Source: Vibrio alginolyticus NBRC 15630 = ATCC 17749 (GTDB taxonomy: Bacteria > Pseudomonadota > Gammaproteobacteria > Enterobacterales > Vibrionaceae). Taken from it: a stretch of DNA of 32,000 nucleotides. A program made the translations under genes and the position numbers. Below, one piece after another: positions 17,348 to 26,161 of this stretch (within the stretch, counting starts at the first letter, position 1; each line of letters opens with the position of its first letter). The notes under the pieces are model-generated. The model was not told the origin of the DNA and did no database searches. It worked only from the letters and a program-made list of their open reading frames with translations. Where the stretch lies: positions 1,920,001 to 1,952,000 of the forward strand of contig NC_022349.1 of NCBI RefSeq assembly GCF_000354175.2. The letters run 5' to 3'.

Positions 17348-18220
17348 ATGATAAAAAAATGTCTGTTCCCTGCTGCAGGCTATGGCACACGCTTCCTACC
17401 GGCAACGAAATCTATGCCAAAGGAGATGATGCCAGTCGTGAACAAACCGCTTATTGAATACGGTGTCGAAGAAGCAATCCAAGCTGGTATGAACGGCATG
17501 TGTATTGTGACAGGTCGTGGCAAGCACTCGATCATGGACCACTTTGATAAGAACTACGAACTGGAACATCAGATTAGCGGTACCAACAAAGAAGAGCTGT
17601 TGGTAGATATCCGTGAAATCATTGAATCTGCAAACTTCACTTATATACGTCAACGCGAAATGAAAGGCTTGGGCCACGCGATTCTAACTGGACGAGAATT
17701 GGTAGGCGATGAGCCATTTGCTGTTGTTCTTGCTGATGACCTTTGTGTGAACGAGCAAGAGGGCGTACTGGCTCAGATGGTGGCACTATTTAAGCAGTTC
17801 CGCTGTTCTATCGTTGCAGTGCAAGAAGTACCAGCCGAAGAAACGCACAAATACGGCGTTATCTCTGGTGAAATGATCAAAGACGACATCTATCGCGTAG
17901 ACGACATGGTAGAAAAACCAGAGAAAGGCACGGCGCCTAGCAACCTTGCTATCATTGGCCGCTACATCCTGACTCCCGATATTTTTGAACTGATTGAAAA
18001 CACTGAACCTGGTAAAGGTGGTGAAATTCAAATCACTGACGCGCTGCTAAAACAAGCAAAAGCGGGCTGTGTATTGGCTTACAAATTCAAGGGCAAACGC
18101 TTTGACTGTGGTAGCGTTGAAGGTTACATCGAAGCAACTAACTATTGTTTTGAAAACCTGTATCTAAAAGATGAAAAAACCTCTGAGCTAGGTAAGCACG
18201 CAACACAAAAAGCAGTATAA
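17348..18220 (+). CDS. galU: UTP-glucose-1-phosphate uridylyltransferase
   Basis: 290 aa. The N-terminal signature is PAAGYGTRFLPATKSMPKEMMPVVNKPLIEY. Confidence 0.95.
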   Translation: MIKKCLFPAAGYGTRFLPATKSMPKEMMPVVNKPLIEYGVEEAIQAGMNGMCIVTGRGKHSIMDHFDKNYELEHQISGTNKEELLVDIREIIESANFTYIRQREMKGLGHAILTGRELVGDEPFAVVLADDLCVNEQEGVLAQMVALFKQFRCSIVAVQEVPAEETHKYGVISGEMIKDDIYRVDDMVEKPEKGTAPSNLAIIGRYILTPDIFELIENTEPGKGGEIQITDALLKQAKAGCVLAYKFKGKRFDCGSVEGYIEATNYCFENLYLKDEKTSELGKHATQKAV

Positions 18221-18251
18221 AGCATCGTCGTAGTACGAAATTACTGTATCG

Positions 18252-18279
18252 AAAGCCCAGCACAACGCTGGGCTTTTTA
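18252..18279 (+). terminator. Rho-independent terminator after galU
   Basis: The stem is AGCCCAGC (18254-18261) and GCTGGGCT (18267-18274) with loop ACAAC, followed by TTTT. Confidence 0.8.
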
Positions 18280-18282
18280 CTT

Positions 18283-18302
18283 TACTGTTTTTTTATCCAG
18301 TA
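18283..18302 (+). promoter_or_regulatory. LexA (SOS) box upstream of uvrA
   Basis: TACTGTTTTTTTATCCAGTA matches the gammaproteobacterial consensus TACTG-N10-CAGTA exactly at both arms. It lies 68 nt upstream of the uvrA ATG. Confidence 0.85.
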
Positions 18303-18369
18303 ATTTTCTTTGCACATTTCTCACACTATGTAATACTTGCCCCACTTGGTTATACATAGAGCAAAAACG

Positions 18370-21192
18370 ATGGATAAAATAGAAGTTCGCGGTGCCCGAA
18401 CCCATAACCTTAAAGACATTAATCTTACAATCCCTCGCGATAAACTGATTGTCATTACTGGACTAAGTGGCTCCGGTAAATCCTCTCTCGCTTTCGATAC
18501 ATTGTATGCAGAAGGCCAACGACGCTACGTAGAGTCTCTCTCTGCCTACGCTCGTCAGTTTTTGTCTCTGATGGAAAAACCCGATGTCGACCACATTGAA
18601 GGGTTATCACCCGCGATTTCTATTGAACAGAAGTCTACTTCTCATAACCCGCGTTCAACCGTCGGTACAATTACCGAAGTCTACGACTACTTACGTCTAT
18701 TGTATGCTCGTGTGGGCGAACCCCGCTGTCCAACGCATCATGCTCCTCTTGCTGCGCAAACCATCAGCCAAATGGTGGACAAAGTCCTAGAGATGCCGGA
18801 AGGCAGCAAAATGATGCTATTGGCACCTATTGTCAAAGAACGTAAAGGTGAGCATGTTAAAACGCTTGAGAACTTAGCGGCTCAAGGCTTTATTCGTGCG
18901 CGTATTGATGGAGAAACTTGCGATCTTTCCGATCCTCCAACCCTTGAACTACATAAAAAGCACACCATTGAAGTTGTGGTAGACCGCTTTAAAGTTCGTC
19001 CAGACTTACAACAGCGCTTGGCCGAATCTTTCGAGACAACACTCGAATTATCAGGCGGAATTGCAGTTGTCGCGCCAATGGATGGCGACGGTGAAGAGAT
19101 TATTTTCTCCGCCAACTTCGCTTGTCCACAATGTGGTTACAGCATGCAAGAGTTAGAGCCGCGACTTTTCTCATTCAACAACCCTGCTGGAGCATGTGGC
19201 ACTTGTGATGGCTTGGGTGTTCAACAATACTTCGATCCAAGCCGAGTCATTCAAGATGATTCATTAAGCTTGGCACAAGGTGCGATTCGCGGTTGGGATC
19301 AAAAGAACTACTACTACTTCCAAATGCTCACCTCATTGGCCGATCATTATGGTTTTGACCTCCATGCCCCTTTTAATTCTCTGCCAAAGAAAACGCAAGA
19401 TGTCATTCTAAAGGGCTCAGGTCGTACTGAGATTGAGTTTAAATACATCAACGATCGTGGCGATATTCGCGTTAAGCGCCATCCATTCGAAGGTATTCTG
19501 AATACCCTAGAACGTCGCTATCGTGATACAGAATCCAACTCTGTCCGTGAAGAGCTCGCGAAATACATCTCCACTAAATCTTGTTCAAGCTGTGGCGGTA
19601 CTCGTCTACGCCTTGAAGCACGTAACGTGTTTATTGCTGATACGACACTACCTGAGATTGTTGAACTCAGCATTGCTGATGCATTGGAATTCTTCCATTC
19701 CTTGAAACTGGAAGGTCAACGCGCCCAAATCGCTGAAAAAGTGATGAAGGAAATCAACGACCGCCTGCAATTCTTAGTTAACGTCGGTTTGAACTACCTA
19801 AACTTATCACGCAGTGCGGAAACCTTATCAGGCGGTGAAGCTCAACGTATTCGTTTAGCAAGCCAAATTGGTGCAGGTCTTGTTGGTGTGATGTATGTTC
19901 TGGACGAACCGTCGATTGGTCTCCACCAGCGTGATAATGAACGCTTATTAAAAACGCTCACTCACTTGCGCGATTTAGGTAATACCGTACTTGTGGTAGA
20001 ACACGATGAAGATGCGATTCGCTGTGCAGATCATGTCATAGATATTGGTCCTGGTGCTGGCGTACATGGTGGTAATGTTGTTGCGGAAGGCACCATGGAA
20101 GAGATAGTCGCGAATCCGAATTCTCTGACAGGTCAGTACTTAAGTGGTGTTAAAGAAATCGCAGTACCGAAAGATCGCACGCCGCGAGATCCGAAAAAAA
20201 CGGTTGAGCTATTAGGCGCAACAGGTAATAACCTTAAAAACGTTAACCTTTCAATTCCTGTTGGGTTATTCAGCTGTATTACAGGGGTATCTGGCTCAGG
20301 TAAATCAACGCTGATTAATGATACTTTCTTTAAAATTGCGCATACCCAACTTAACGGAGCGACAACGGCTCAGCCTTCGCCTTATAAATCGATTAAAGGT
20401 CTAGAGCACTTCGATAAAGTCATCGATATCGATCAAAGCCCAATTGGCCGTACACCTCGCTCTAACCCTGCAACCTACACGGGGATCTTTACCCCAATCC
20501 GTGAACTGTTTGCAGGCACACAGGAGTCGCGTTCTCGCGGTTACAAGCCGGGCCGTTTTAGTTTTAACGTACGCGGTGGTCGTTGTGAGGCCTGTCAGGG
20601 TGACGGTGTTATCAAAGTAGAAATGCATTTCCTACCAGATGTTTATGTGCCATGTGATGTGTGTAAAGGTAAACGCTACAACCGTGAAACGCTCGAAGTA
20701 CGTTACAAAGGTAAAACTATTGATGAAGTGCTAGAAATGACGGTCGAAGATGCACGCACCTTCTTCGATCCAGTTCCTGCCATCGCTCGCAAACTACAAA
20801 CACTGATGGATGTGGGTTTGTCGTACATACGATTGGGTCAAGCGGCAACAACACTCTCCGGTGGTGAAGCACAGCGTGTGAAACTGGCGCGAGAGCTATC
20901 CAAACGTGATACAGGAAAAACCTTGTACATTTTGGATGAACCAACAACCGGCCTTCACTTCCATGATATCCAGCAGTTGCTCACTGTACTGCACAGACTT
21001 CGCGACCACGGAAATACTGTCGTGGTGATCGAGCATAACCTGGACGTCATTAAGACTGCGGACTGGATTATCGATCTTGGTCCTGAAGGGGGTCAGGGTG
21101 GCGGCGAGATAATCGCTCAAGGCACTCCGGAAGATGTGTCGCAAATCGAGGGTTCGCACACAGCTCACTTCCTCAAGCCTATGTTGAAGTAG
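18370..21192 (+). CDS. uvrA: Excinuclease ABC subunit A
   Basis: 940 aa from the ATG at 18370 ([19 protein letters not shown]). The track start at 18337 is an upstream TTG. The protein has two ABC modules ([18 protein letters not shown]; LSGGEAQR twice) and zinc-finger Cys clusters. Confidence 0.97.
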   Translation: MDKIEVRGARTHNLKDINLTIPRDKLIVITGLSGSGKSSLAFDTLYAEGQRRYVESLSAYARQFLSLMEKPDVDHIEGLSPAISIEQKSTSHNPRSTVGTITEVYDYLRLLYARVGEPRCPTHHAPLAAQTISQMVDKVLEMPEGSKMMLLAPIVKERKGEHVKTLENLAAQGFIRARIDGETCDLSDPPTLELHKKHTIEVVVDRFKVRPDLQQRLAESFETTLELSGGIAVVAPMDGDGEEIIFSANFACPQCGYSMQELEPRLFSFNNPAGACGTCDGLGVQQYFDPSRVIQDDSLSLAQGAIRGWDQKNYYYFQMLTSLADHYGFDLHAPFNSLPKKTQDVILKGSGRTEIEFKYINDRGDIRVKRHPFEGILNTLERRYRDTESNSVREELAKYISTKSCSSCGGTRLRLEARNVFIADTTLPEIVELSIADALEFFHSLKLEGQRAQIAEKVMKEINDRLQFLVNVGLNYLNLSRSAETLSGGEAQRIRLASQIGAGLVGVMYVLDEPSIGLHQRDNERLLKTLTHLRDLGNTVLVVEHDEDAIRCADHVIDIGPGAGVHGGNVVAEGTMEEIVANPNSLTGQYLSGVKEIAVPKDRTPRDPKKTVELLGATGNNLKNVNLSIPVGLFSCITGVSGSGKSTLINDTFFKIAHTQLNGATTAQPSPYKSIKGLEHFDKVIDIDQSPIGRTPRSNPATYTGIFTPIRELFAGTQESRSRGYKPGRFSFNVRGGRCEACQGDGVIKVEMHFLPDVYVPCDVCKGKRYNRETLEVRYKGKTIDEVLEMTVEDARTFFDPVPAIARKLQTLMDVGLSYIRLGQAATTLSGGEAQRVKLARELSKRDTGKTLYILDEPTTGLHFHDIQQLLTVLHRLRDHGNTVVVIEHNLDVIKTADWIIDLGPEGGQGGGEIIAQGTPEDVSQIEGSHTAHFLKPMLK

Positions 21193-21212
21193 AAAAAACA
21201 GGTAAAGTATCG

Positions 21213-21237
21213 AGACCAGCAAGTGCTGGTCTTTTTT
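21213..21237 (+). terminator. Rho-independent terminator after uvrA
   Basis: The stem is AGACCAGC and GCTGGTCT with loop AAGT, followed by a run of T residues (21233-21237). Confidence 0.8.
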
Positions 21238-21259
21238 CATTCAAAACAACGCAATAACT

Positions 21260-23041
21260 ATGGCTACTATACATGTAAGTGGAACAAAGCTTTCTCCCGA
21301 AAAAGTACAGGTTCCCCTCAATCGCAAGTTTCTCATTGCCTTGGCAACACTATTTGTGTTGGCAATGCACTTTTTCATGCCCAACCCCGGCGGTTCGGGG
21401 CTTTCGCTTTCGTTCAATGCGACAACTTGGATTGCTTTTAGCTTTGCATTAGGCATTGGGTGTTACCAACTTGCGAATAATCGAGTACTACGTTACTCAA
21501 AACTAACCATCGGCTTGTTCATTAGTGCTCTTATCATGACGGTGCCCATTCTGTACCCAAATGCGAATAGCAGTTTGGCTGCCAATAAGCTCATTGGCCT
21601 GTGGTGTGGTGTCCTGTTCTTTATTGTCTTACAACAATTTCATTTCAGTAATAAACATCGCCAACGCCTATTATGGTTCATTGTCCTTGCGGTTGTTATC
21701 GAAGCCATTTTTGGTTTGACACAATATCTGTATCTCAAACCAGGCAATCCGTTTGGTTACGACACGGTGGCCAATCGTCCTTATGGTATTTTCCAACAGC
21801 CCAATGTAATGGCCAGCTTTCTTGCGACAGGGTTGGTGATTGCCAGCTATTTACTTGCACGTCAGCCCTACAAATACGATCGTAAGTTAAGCGATGTTTA
21901 CCTTCTCTATGCCGTACCAGTTTTAACTTTACCACTAATTGTGGCGTTGGCTTCACGCACTGGTTGGTTAGCCTCGGTCATCGCCGTGTTGTTGGTCATT
22001 CCATACATGTACCGCTTTGCAACCAAAGGGCGCTTTATCCGCTGGGTTGTGTCACTTGTAAGTGGGCTCTTACTCTCAGTCGTTGTCATGCATCTTGCCT
22101 TTCCTGATGGAGGTGGGTTAGCCGCAGAAAAAGTAAATATGGAGTCTCCTCGAGCGTATACTTTTCCGCAAACATTAGACATGGTGATTGAAAAGCCTTT
22201 TACTGGTTATGGATATGGCAAGTTTGAATCTGAGTACATGCTGTATACGGCTCGTCAACATGCCCTAAATGAGAATTACCCAGCTGGTTTGCCAGCCATG
22301 GATCATCCGCATAACGAGCTACTTTACTGGGGAGTAGAAGGTGGCTTACTGCCAATACTCGGCATCTTCTTAGCGATGGCACTGGTACTGTATCGAATCT
22401 ATCAAGCCAAACGCGGAACTCGTCTTGCGTTGCTGGCCTTGTTTATACCTATCGTATTGCACTCACAACTGGAATACCCTTTCTACCACTCTCTCGTGCA
22501 TTGGTTGATCTTCGTTATCCTACTGTACTGGGTCGATCAGCGCGTCTCTCGTTATCGACAAGTCGGCTTTAGTAATGTGACCAAAAGCTTGCTGCGTGTT
22601 TTTAGTTTGGTACTTCCCGTTGCGTTTACGTTTTATATGGTAAGCGCATTACATACGAACTATGTATTGACGAAGTTTGAGACCACTAGACCAACTAACC
22701 CTGATATTCTGAATCAAGTCAGTAACCCTGTGGTTTGGAAAGACAGGTTTGATTGGGATGTCTATAGCACGTTTTTAAACCTTGGGCTGTACCAACAAGA
22801 CGCAACCTTGATTCAGCCTTATATCGATTGGTCGCTAAAAATCATCAAAGATAAGCCTCGTCCTGCATTTTATAATAATTTGATTTTGGCCTACCAAGGC
22901 TTAGATGACTCAAGTAAAGCGGAGCAAATTAGAGCTGAAGCGCAGTTTTTGTTCCCGAAGATTGATTTCAGTGACGTCAATTACCAACCACCTTCTCAAG
23001 CAATCTCTGCCTCACCAGTCCCCACTTCAGGAGCTGAGTAA
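21260..23041 (+). CDS. O-antigen ligase (Wzy_C) family polytopic membrane protein, PglL-like O-oligosaccharyltransferase candidate
   Basis: 593 aa with about 12 predicted TM segments. The N-terminal MPNPGGSGLSLSFNATTW motif is typical of the PglL_A region. The central loop with HPHNELLYWGVEGG fits the Wzy_C catalytic loop. A soluble C-terminal domain of about 150 aa follows. It occupies the VC0393 position. Confidence 0.7.
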   Translation: MATIHVSGTKLSPEKVQVPLNRKFLIALATLFVLAMHFFMPNPGGSGLSLSFNATTWIAFSFALGIGCYQLANNRVLRYSKLTIGLFISALIMTVPILYPNANSSLAANKLIGLWCGVLFFIVLQQFHFSNKHRQRLLWFIVLAVVIEAIFGLTQYLYLKPGNPFGYDTVANRPYGIFQQPNVMASFLATGLVIASYLLARQPYKYDRKLSDVYLLYAVPVLTLPLIVALASRTGWLASVIAVLLVIPYMYRFATKGRFIRWVVSLVSGLLLSVVVMHLAFPDGGGLAAEKVNMESPRAYTFPQTLDMVIEKPFTGYGYGKFESEYMLYTARQHALNENYPAGLPAMDHPHNELLYWGVEGGLLPILGIFLAMALVLYRIYQAKRGTRLALLALFIPIVLHSQLEYPFYHSLVHWLIFVILLYWVDQRVSRYRQVGFSNVTKSLLRVFSLVLPVAFTFYMVSALHTNYVLTKFETTRPTNPDILNQVSNPVVWKDRFDWDVYSTFLNLGLYQQDATLIQPYIDWSLKIIKDKPRPAFYNNLILAYQGLDDSSKAEQIRAEAQFLFPKIDFSDVNYQPPSQAISASPVPTSGAE

Positions 23042-23049
23042 TAAATACC

Positions 23050-23078
23050 AAAAAGCGAAGGGATGACCTTCGCTTTTC
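23050..23078. terminator. Bidirectional terminator between convergent genes
   Basis: The stem is GCGAAGG (23055-23061) and CCTTCGC (23067-23073). It is flanked by an A run on one side and a T run on the other. Confidence 0.75.
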
Positions 23079-23100
23079 TTTATCTCATTACTGTATGATT

Positions 23101-24222
23101 TTATTCAGTGAGTGACTCTTCTAACGCTTTTAAGCACAGCGCAACGTTTTCAGATCGAGCGCCGTAACCCATTAAGCCAATACGCCACGCTTTACCAGCT
23201 AATGCCCCAAGGCCTGCACCAATTTCTAGGTTATAGGTTTCTAGCAAGTGAGCACGAACTTTTGCTTCATCAATTCCTTCAGGCACGTAAATCGCATTTA
23301 ATTGTGGCAACCGATGGGCTTCGTCCACAACAAATTCAAAGCCTAACTTTTGTAAGCCATTTTTGAGTTTTTCATGCATCAGTTGGTGACGAGCCCAAGC
23401 GTTTTCTAATCCTTCATTTTTCAGTATCAATAAAGCTTCATGAAGCGCATACAAGCTATTAACTGGCGCCGTATGATGGTAACTACGCTTGCCTTCTCCA
23501 CTCCAATACCCCAAAACTAAACTCTGATCGAGGAACCAACTCTGTACTGGTGTTGTTCTTGCTTGAATCTTTTCAATCGCGGCAGGAGAAAACGTCACTG
23601 GTGAGAGCCCAGGTACACATGACAAACATTTTTGACTACCAGAGTAAACCGCATCCAGTTGCCATTCATCCACTTTTAACGGCACACCACCAAGTGACGT
23701 CACCGCATCAACAATAGATAATGCATTATGCTGTTTCGCCAGCTTACCCAATGCTTGAGCATCACTGACTGCACCAGTTGAGGTTTCCGCATGCACAAAA
23801 GCAAGAATTTTTGTATCTGGGTGCTGTTCGAGTGCTTGCTCGACTTTATCAATGGAAACAGGCGTCCCCCATTCATCATCGACGATAACAACTTCACCAC
23901 CAGCACGGACGACATTTTCGCGCATGCGTTCACCAAATACACCATTACGGCAGACGATCACTTTATCGCCTTTCTCGATCAAGTTTACAAAGCAGGTTTC
24001 CATCCCTGCACTACCTGGCGCTGAAACCGCAATCGTGAACTCATTGTCAGTTTGAAAGGCATACTTCAATAGCTGCTTGAGCTCATCCATCATACCGATA
24101 AACAGAGGATCAAGGTGACCTACAGTAGGACGGCTTAGTGCTTGTAACACTTGAGGATAAATATCAGAAGGACCAGGTCCCATTAAAATACGGTGAGGCG
24201 GAATAAAGCTTTGGATCGACAT
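23101..24222 (-). CDS. Class V aminotransferase (serine-pyruvate / alanine-glyoxylate aminotransferase-like)
   Basis: 373 aa from the ATG at 24222 (MSIQSFIPPHRILMGPGPS), with a GGAG Shine-Dalgarno sequence 5 nt upstream. The longer track start at 24279 is unlikely. The PLP-lysine motif is YSGSQKCL. Confidence 0.85.
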   Translation of the reverse strand: MSIQSFIPPHRILMGPGPSDIYPQVLQALSRPTVGHLDPLFIGMMDELKQLLKYAFQTDNEFTIAVSAPGSAGMETCFVNLIEKGDKVIVCRNGVFGERMRENVVRAGGEVVIVDDEWGTPVSIDKVEQALEQHPDTKILAFVHAETSTGAVSDAQALGKLAKQHNALSIVDAVTSLGGVPLKVDEWQLDAVYSGSQKCLSCVPGLSPVTFSPAAIEKIQARTTPVQSWFLDQSLVLGYWSGEGKRSYHHTAPVNSLYALHEALLILKNEGLENAWARHQLMHEKLKNGLQKLGFEFVVDEAHRLPQLNAIYVPEGIDEAKVRAHLLETYNLEIGAGLGALAGKAWRIGLMGYGARSENVALCLKALEESLTE

Positions 24223-24404
24223 GTCAGCTCCTTGATTATCTTTTATCCTGAGCATTCTAAAAGTTCTATTCAATAACATGGCTCAGGTGTAGGGTTCTTC
24301 ACCCTAATAGATTTTTCCTCTATCAGCAATTAGCCGTAAGTATGGAGGTCAAACCAGTGTCACAAAATCGTTAATAAAAAACACCATAAAGGTTGAAATA
24401 TTGA

Positions 24405-24433
24405 TTGACATTAAGGCCTCAAAACCGTTCAAT
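24405..24433 (+). promoter_or_regulatory. Candidate sigma-70 promoter for the lysC leader
   Basis: It reads TTGACA (24405-24410), a 17-nt spacer, then TTCAAT (24428-24433). This places the transcription start just upstream of the riboswitch P1 stem. Confidence 0.5.
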
Positions 24434-24445
24434 GTTTGAGCTTTA

Positions 24446-24620
24446 TGTAGAAGAGGAGCGCTACCCAGGTAGATGATTTGTGGAACCGCAATTCCAACAC
24501 CAATCATTGAGGGGGAGTAGTGCCGAGGTAAGTCAAAGTTGCAGGATTTGACTTGTCGGTTGAATTGGGCTGAATCCCATCAACTGTCATCAGCGCAGTC
24601 TGATGAAGGGCTTCTGAGGG
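24446..24620 (+). promoter_or_regulatory. Lysine riboswitch (L-box) aptamer in the lysC leader
   Basis: The conserved L-box blocks appear in the correct order: AGAGGAGCGC (24451-), TGAGGGGGAG (24508-), GCCGAGG (24522-), GGGCTGAATCCC (24567-) and TGTCATCAG (24585-). A P1-closing CTTCT (24611-24615) complements AGAAG (24449-24453). The blocks align closely with the E. coli lysC leader as I remember it. Confidence 0.88.
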
Positions 24621-24722
24621 TAAATTTTTCAAATAGCATTCTAAATACCTCTCTTTTTGCTCTGTTCCTTTTCTCACTAAACATTGGATGTACAATTTTT
24701 TAGGAAGCCGTGGGAGAACGCA

Positions 24723-26075
24723 GTGAGCGCATTTAACGTAGCTAAATTCGGTGGAACCAGTGTTGCCAACTTTGAGGCAATGAGTCGTTGCGCCACCATT
24801 ATCGAAAACAATCCAAATACTCGCCTGGTCGTGAGCAGCGCTTGCTCTGGCGTCACCAACCTATTGGTAGAACTCGCCAACGGTGTTCAGGATCAAACGC
24901 ACCGTACTGAGCTGCTGCAAAATCTGGCCAACATTCATGACGCCATTTTAACTCAGCTCGAAGACAGCACGAAAACTGCTGCCGAGGTGTATGGCATATT
25001 AGATACCGTAACCAGCCTGGCCGAGGCTGCATCTATCCAAGCTAGTGCGAAGTTAACCGATCATTTAGTCGCATGTGGCGAACTCATGTCGACGCATATT
25101 CTAACTCAGTTAATGTGTGAGCGAGGCATTCAAGCTGTGCGCTTTGATATCCGCGATGTGCTGCGTACTGATGACAACTTTGGTCGCGCAGAGCCAAACA
25201 TTGAAGCAATTTCGACGCTTGCGCAAGATAAACTCGTACCACTTTGCCAACAATCCGTTGTTGTTACTCAAGGCTTCATAGGATCTGACGAAGCCGGTAA
25301 TACAACAACACTAGGTCGAGGAGGCAGCGATTACAGCGCCGCCTTAATTGCTGAGAGCGTCAAAGCGGCAGGGTTAGAAATCTGGACTGATGTTCCGGGC
25401 ATCTACACAACAGACCCGCGAATTGCGCCAAAAGCCTCACCAATTCCTGAGATCAGCTTTAGTGAAGCTTCAGAAATGGCTAACTTTGGCGCTAAAATCC
25501 TTCACCCTTCTACGCTAGTACCTGCATTGCGCCACGACATTCCGGTATTTGTGGGGTCATCGAAAGAGCCTGAAAAAGGGGGAACTTGGATTCGCCACCA
25601 AGTCGAAAGCTCACCGTTATTCCGTGCGCTAGCTTTGCGTTGTAACCAAACCATGGTAACGCTACGCAGCGCCAATATGTTCCACGCATACGGTTTCTTA
25701 GCAAAGGTCTTTGAGATCCTTGCAAAGCATAAGATCTCTGTCGATTTGATCACGACATCTGAAATCAGTGTATCGTTAACACTTGATCAAACTGATACAT
25801 CTGGCGGAGCACCACAGCTGCCGCAAGCTGCACGAGAAGAGTTAGAAGAGTTATGTAAGGTAGAAGTTGAACATGACCTATGCCTCGTTGCTCTCATTGG
25901 TAACAACATGAGTGAGAGTAAAGGCTACGCGAAACAGGTTTTTGGCACGCTAGAAGATTTTAACCTACGCATGATTTGTTATGGCGCTAGCCCTCACAAC
26001 TTATGCTTCTTGCTCCATGAGTCGGTATCGAAACAAGCCATACAAAAACTCCACACGGAGTTGTTTGAGAAGTAA
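24723..26075 (+). CDS. lysC: Lysine-sensitive aspartokinase III
   Basis: 450 aa from the GTG at 24723 (V/MSAFNVAKFGGTSVANFEAM, compared with E. coli MSEIVVSKFGGTSVADFDAM). A GGGAGAA Shine-Dalgarno sequence lies at 24712-24718. The C-terminus has ACT domains. The track start at 24684 lies inside the leader. Confidence 0.93.
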   Translation: MSAFNVAKFGGTSVANFEAMSRCATIIENNPNTRLVVSSACSGVTNLLVELANGVQDQTHRTELLQNLANIHDAILTQLEDSTKTAAEVYGILDTVTSLAEAASIQASAKLTDHLVACGELMSTHILTQLMCERGIQAVRFDIRDVLRTDDNFGRAEPNIEAISTLAQDKLVPLCQQSVVVTQGFIGSDEAGNTTTLGRGGSDYSAALIAESVKAAGLEIWTDVPGIYTTDPRIAPKASPIPEISFSEASEMANFGAKILHPSTLVPALRHDIPVFVGSSKEPEKGGTWIRHQVESSPLFRALALRCNQTMVTLRSANMFHAYGFLAKVFEILAKHKISVDLITTSEISVSLTLDQTDTSGGAPQLPQAAREELEELCKVEVEHDLCLVALIGNNMSESKGYAKQVFGTLEDFNLRMICYGASPHNLCFLLHESVSKQAIQKLHTELFEK

Positions 26076-26090
26076 GTTCAACTCAATAAA

Positions 26091-26120
26091 ACAAAGGGCT
26101 GCGTATCTGCAGCCCTTTGT
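26091..26120. terminator. Bidirectional terminator between lysC and metH
   Basis: A 12-bp perfect stem, ACAAAGGGCTGC and GCAGCCCTTTGT, encloses the loop GTATCT. Confidence 0.8.
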
Positions 26121-26161
26121 TGTTTCATTAGTTGTTATATTTGGACGAGGTAAACATCAAT

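Noticed and set aside
18337-18369. The ORF track suggests longer upstream starts for uvrA (18337). It does the same for the aminotransferase (24279), lysC (24684), csrD (15494), mshP (1043) and the mini-pilin (3167).
   Set aside because: These are TTG, GTG or distant codons without an RBS. Internal starts reproduce the conserved N-termini of the families or canonical prepilin leaders.
17396-23945. Short ORFs lie inside or antisense to galU, uvrA, the PglL-like gene and the aminotransferase. Examples are 17396-17677, 17786-18031, 18584-18790, 18882-19115, 19523-19705, 20401-21456, 21673-22382 and 23112-24055.
   Set aside because: They overlap strongly supported genes, and none has a start context or a recognisable motif.
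24290-24306. An inverted repeat, TAGGGT-tcttc-ACCCTA, lies upstream of the aminotransferase gene.
   Set aside because: It has only 6-bp arms, matches no known operator consensus that I can name, and could arise by chance.
24504-24880. Minus-strand ORFs of 63 aa and 67 aa lie upstream of, or over, the lysC start.
   Set aside because: They lie on the opposite strand of the lysine riboswitch and the lysC 5' end. The region is explained by the leader RNA.
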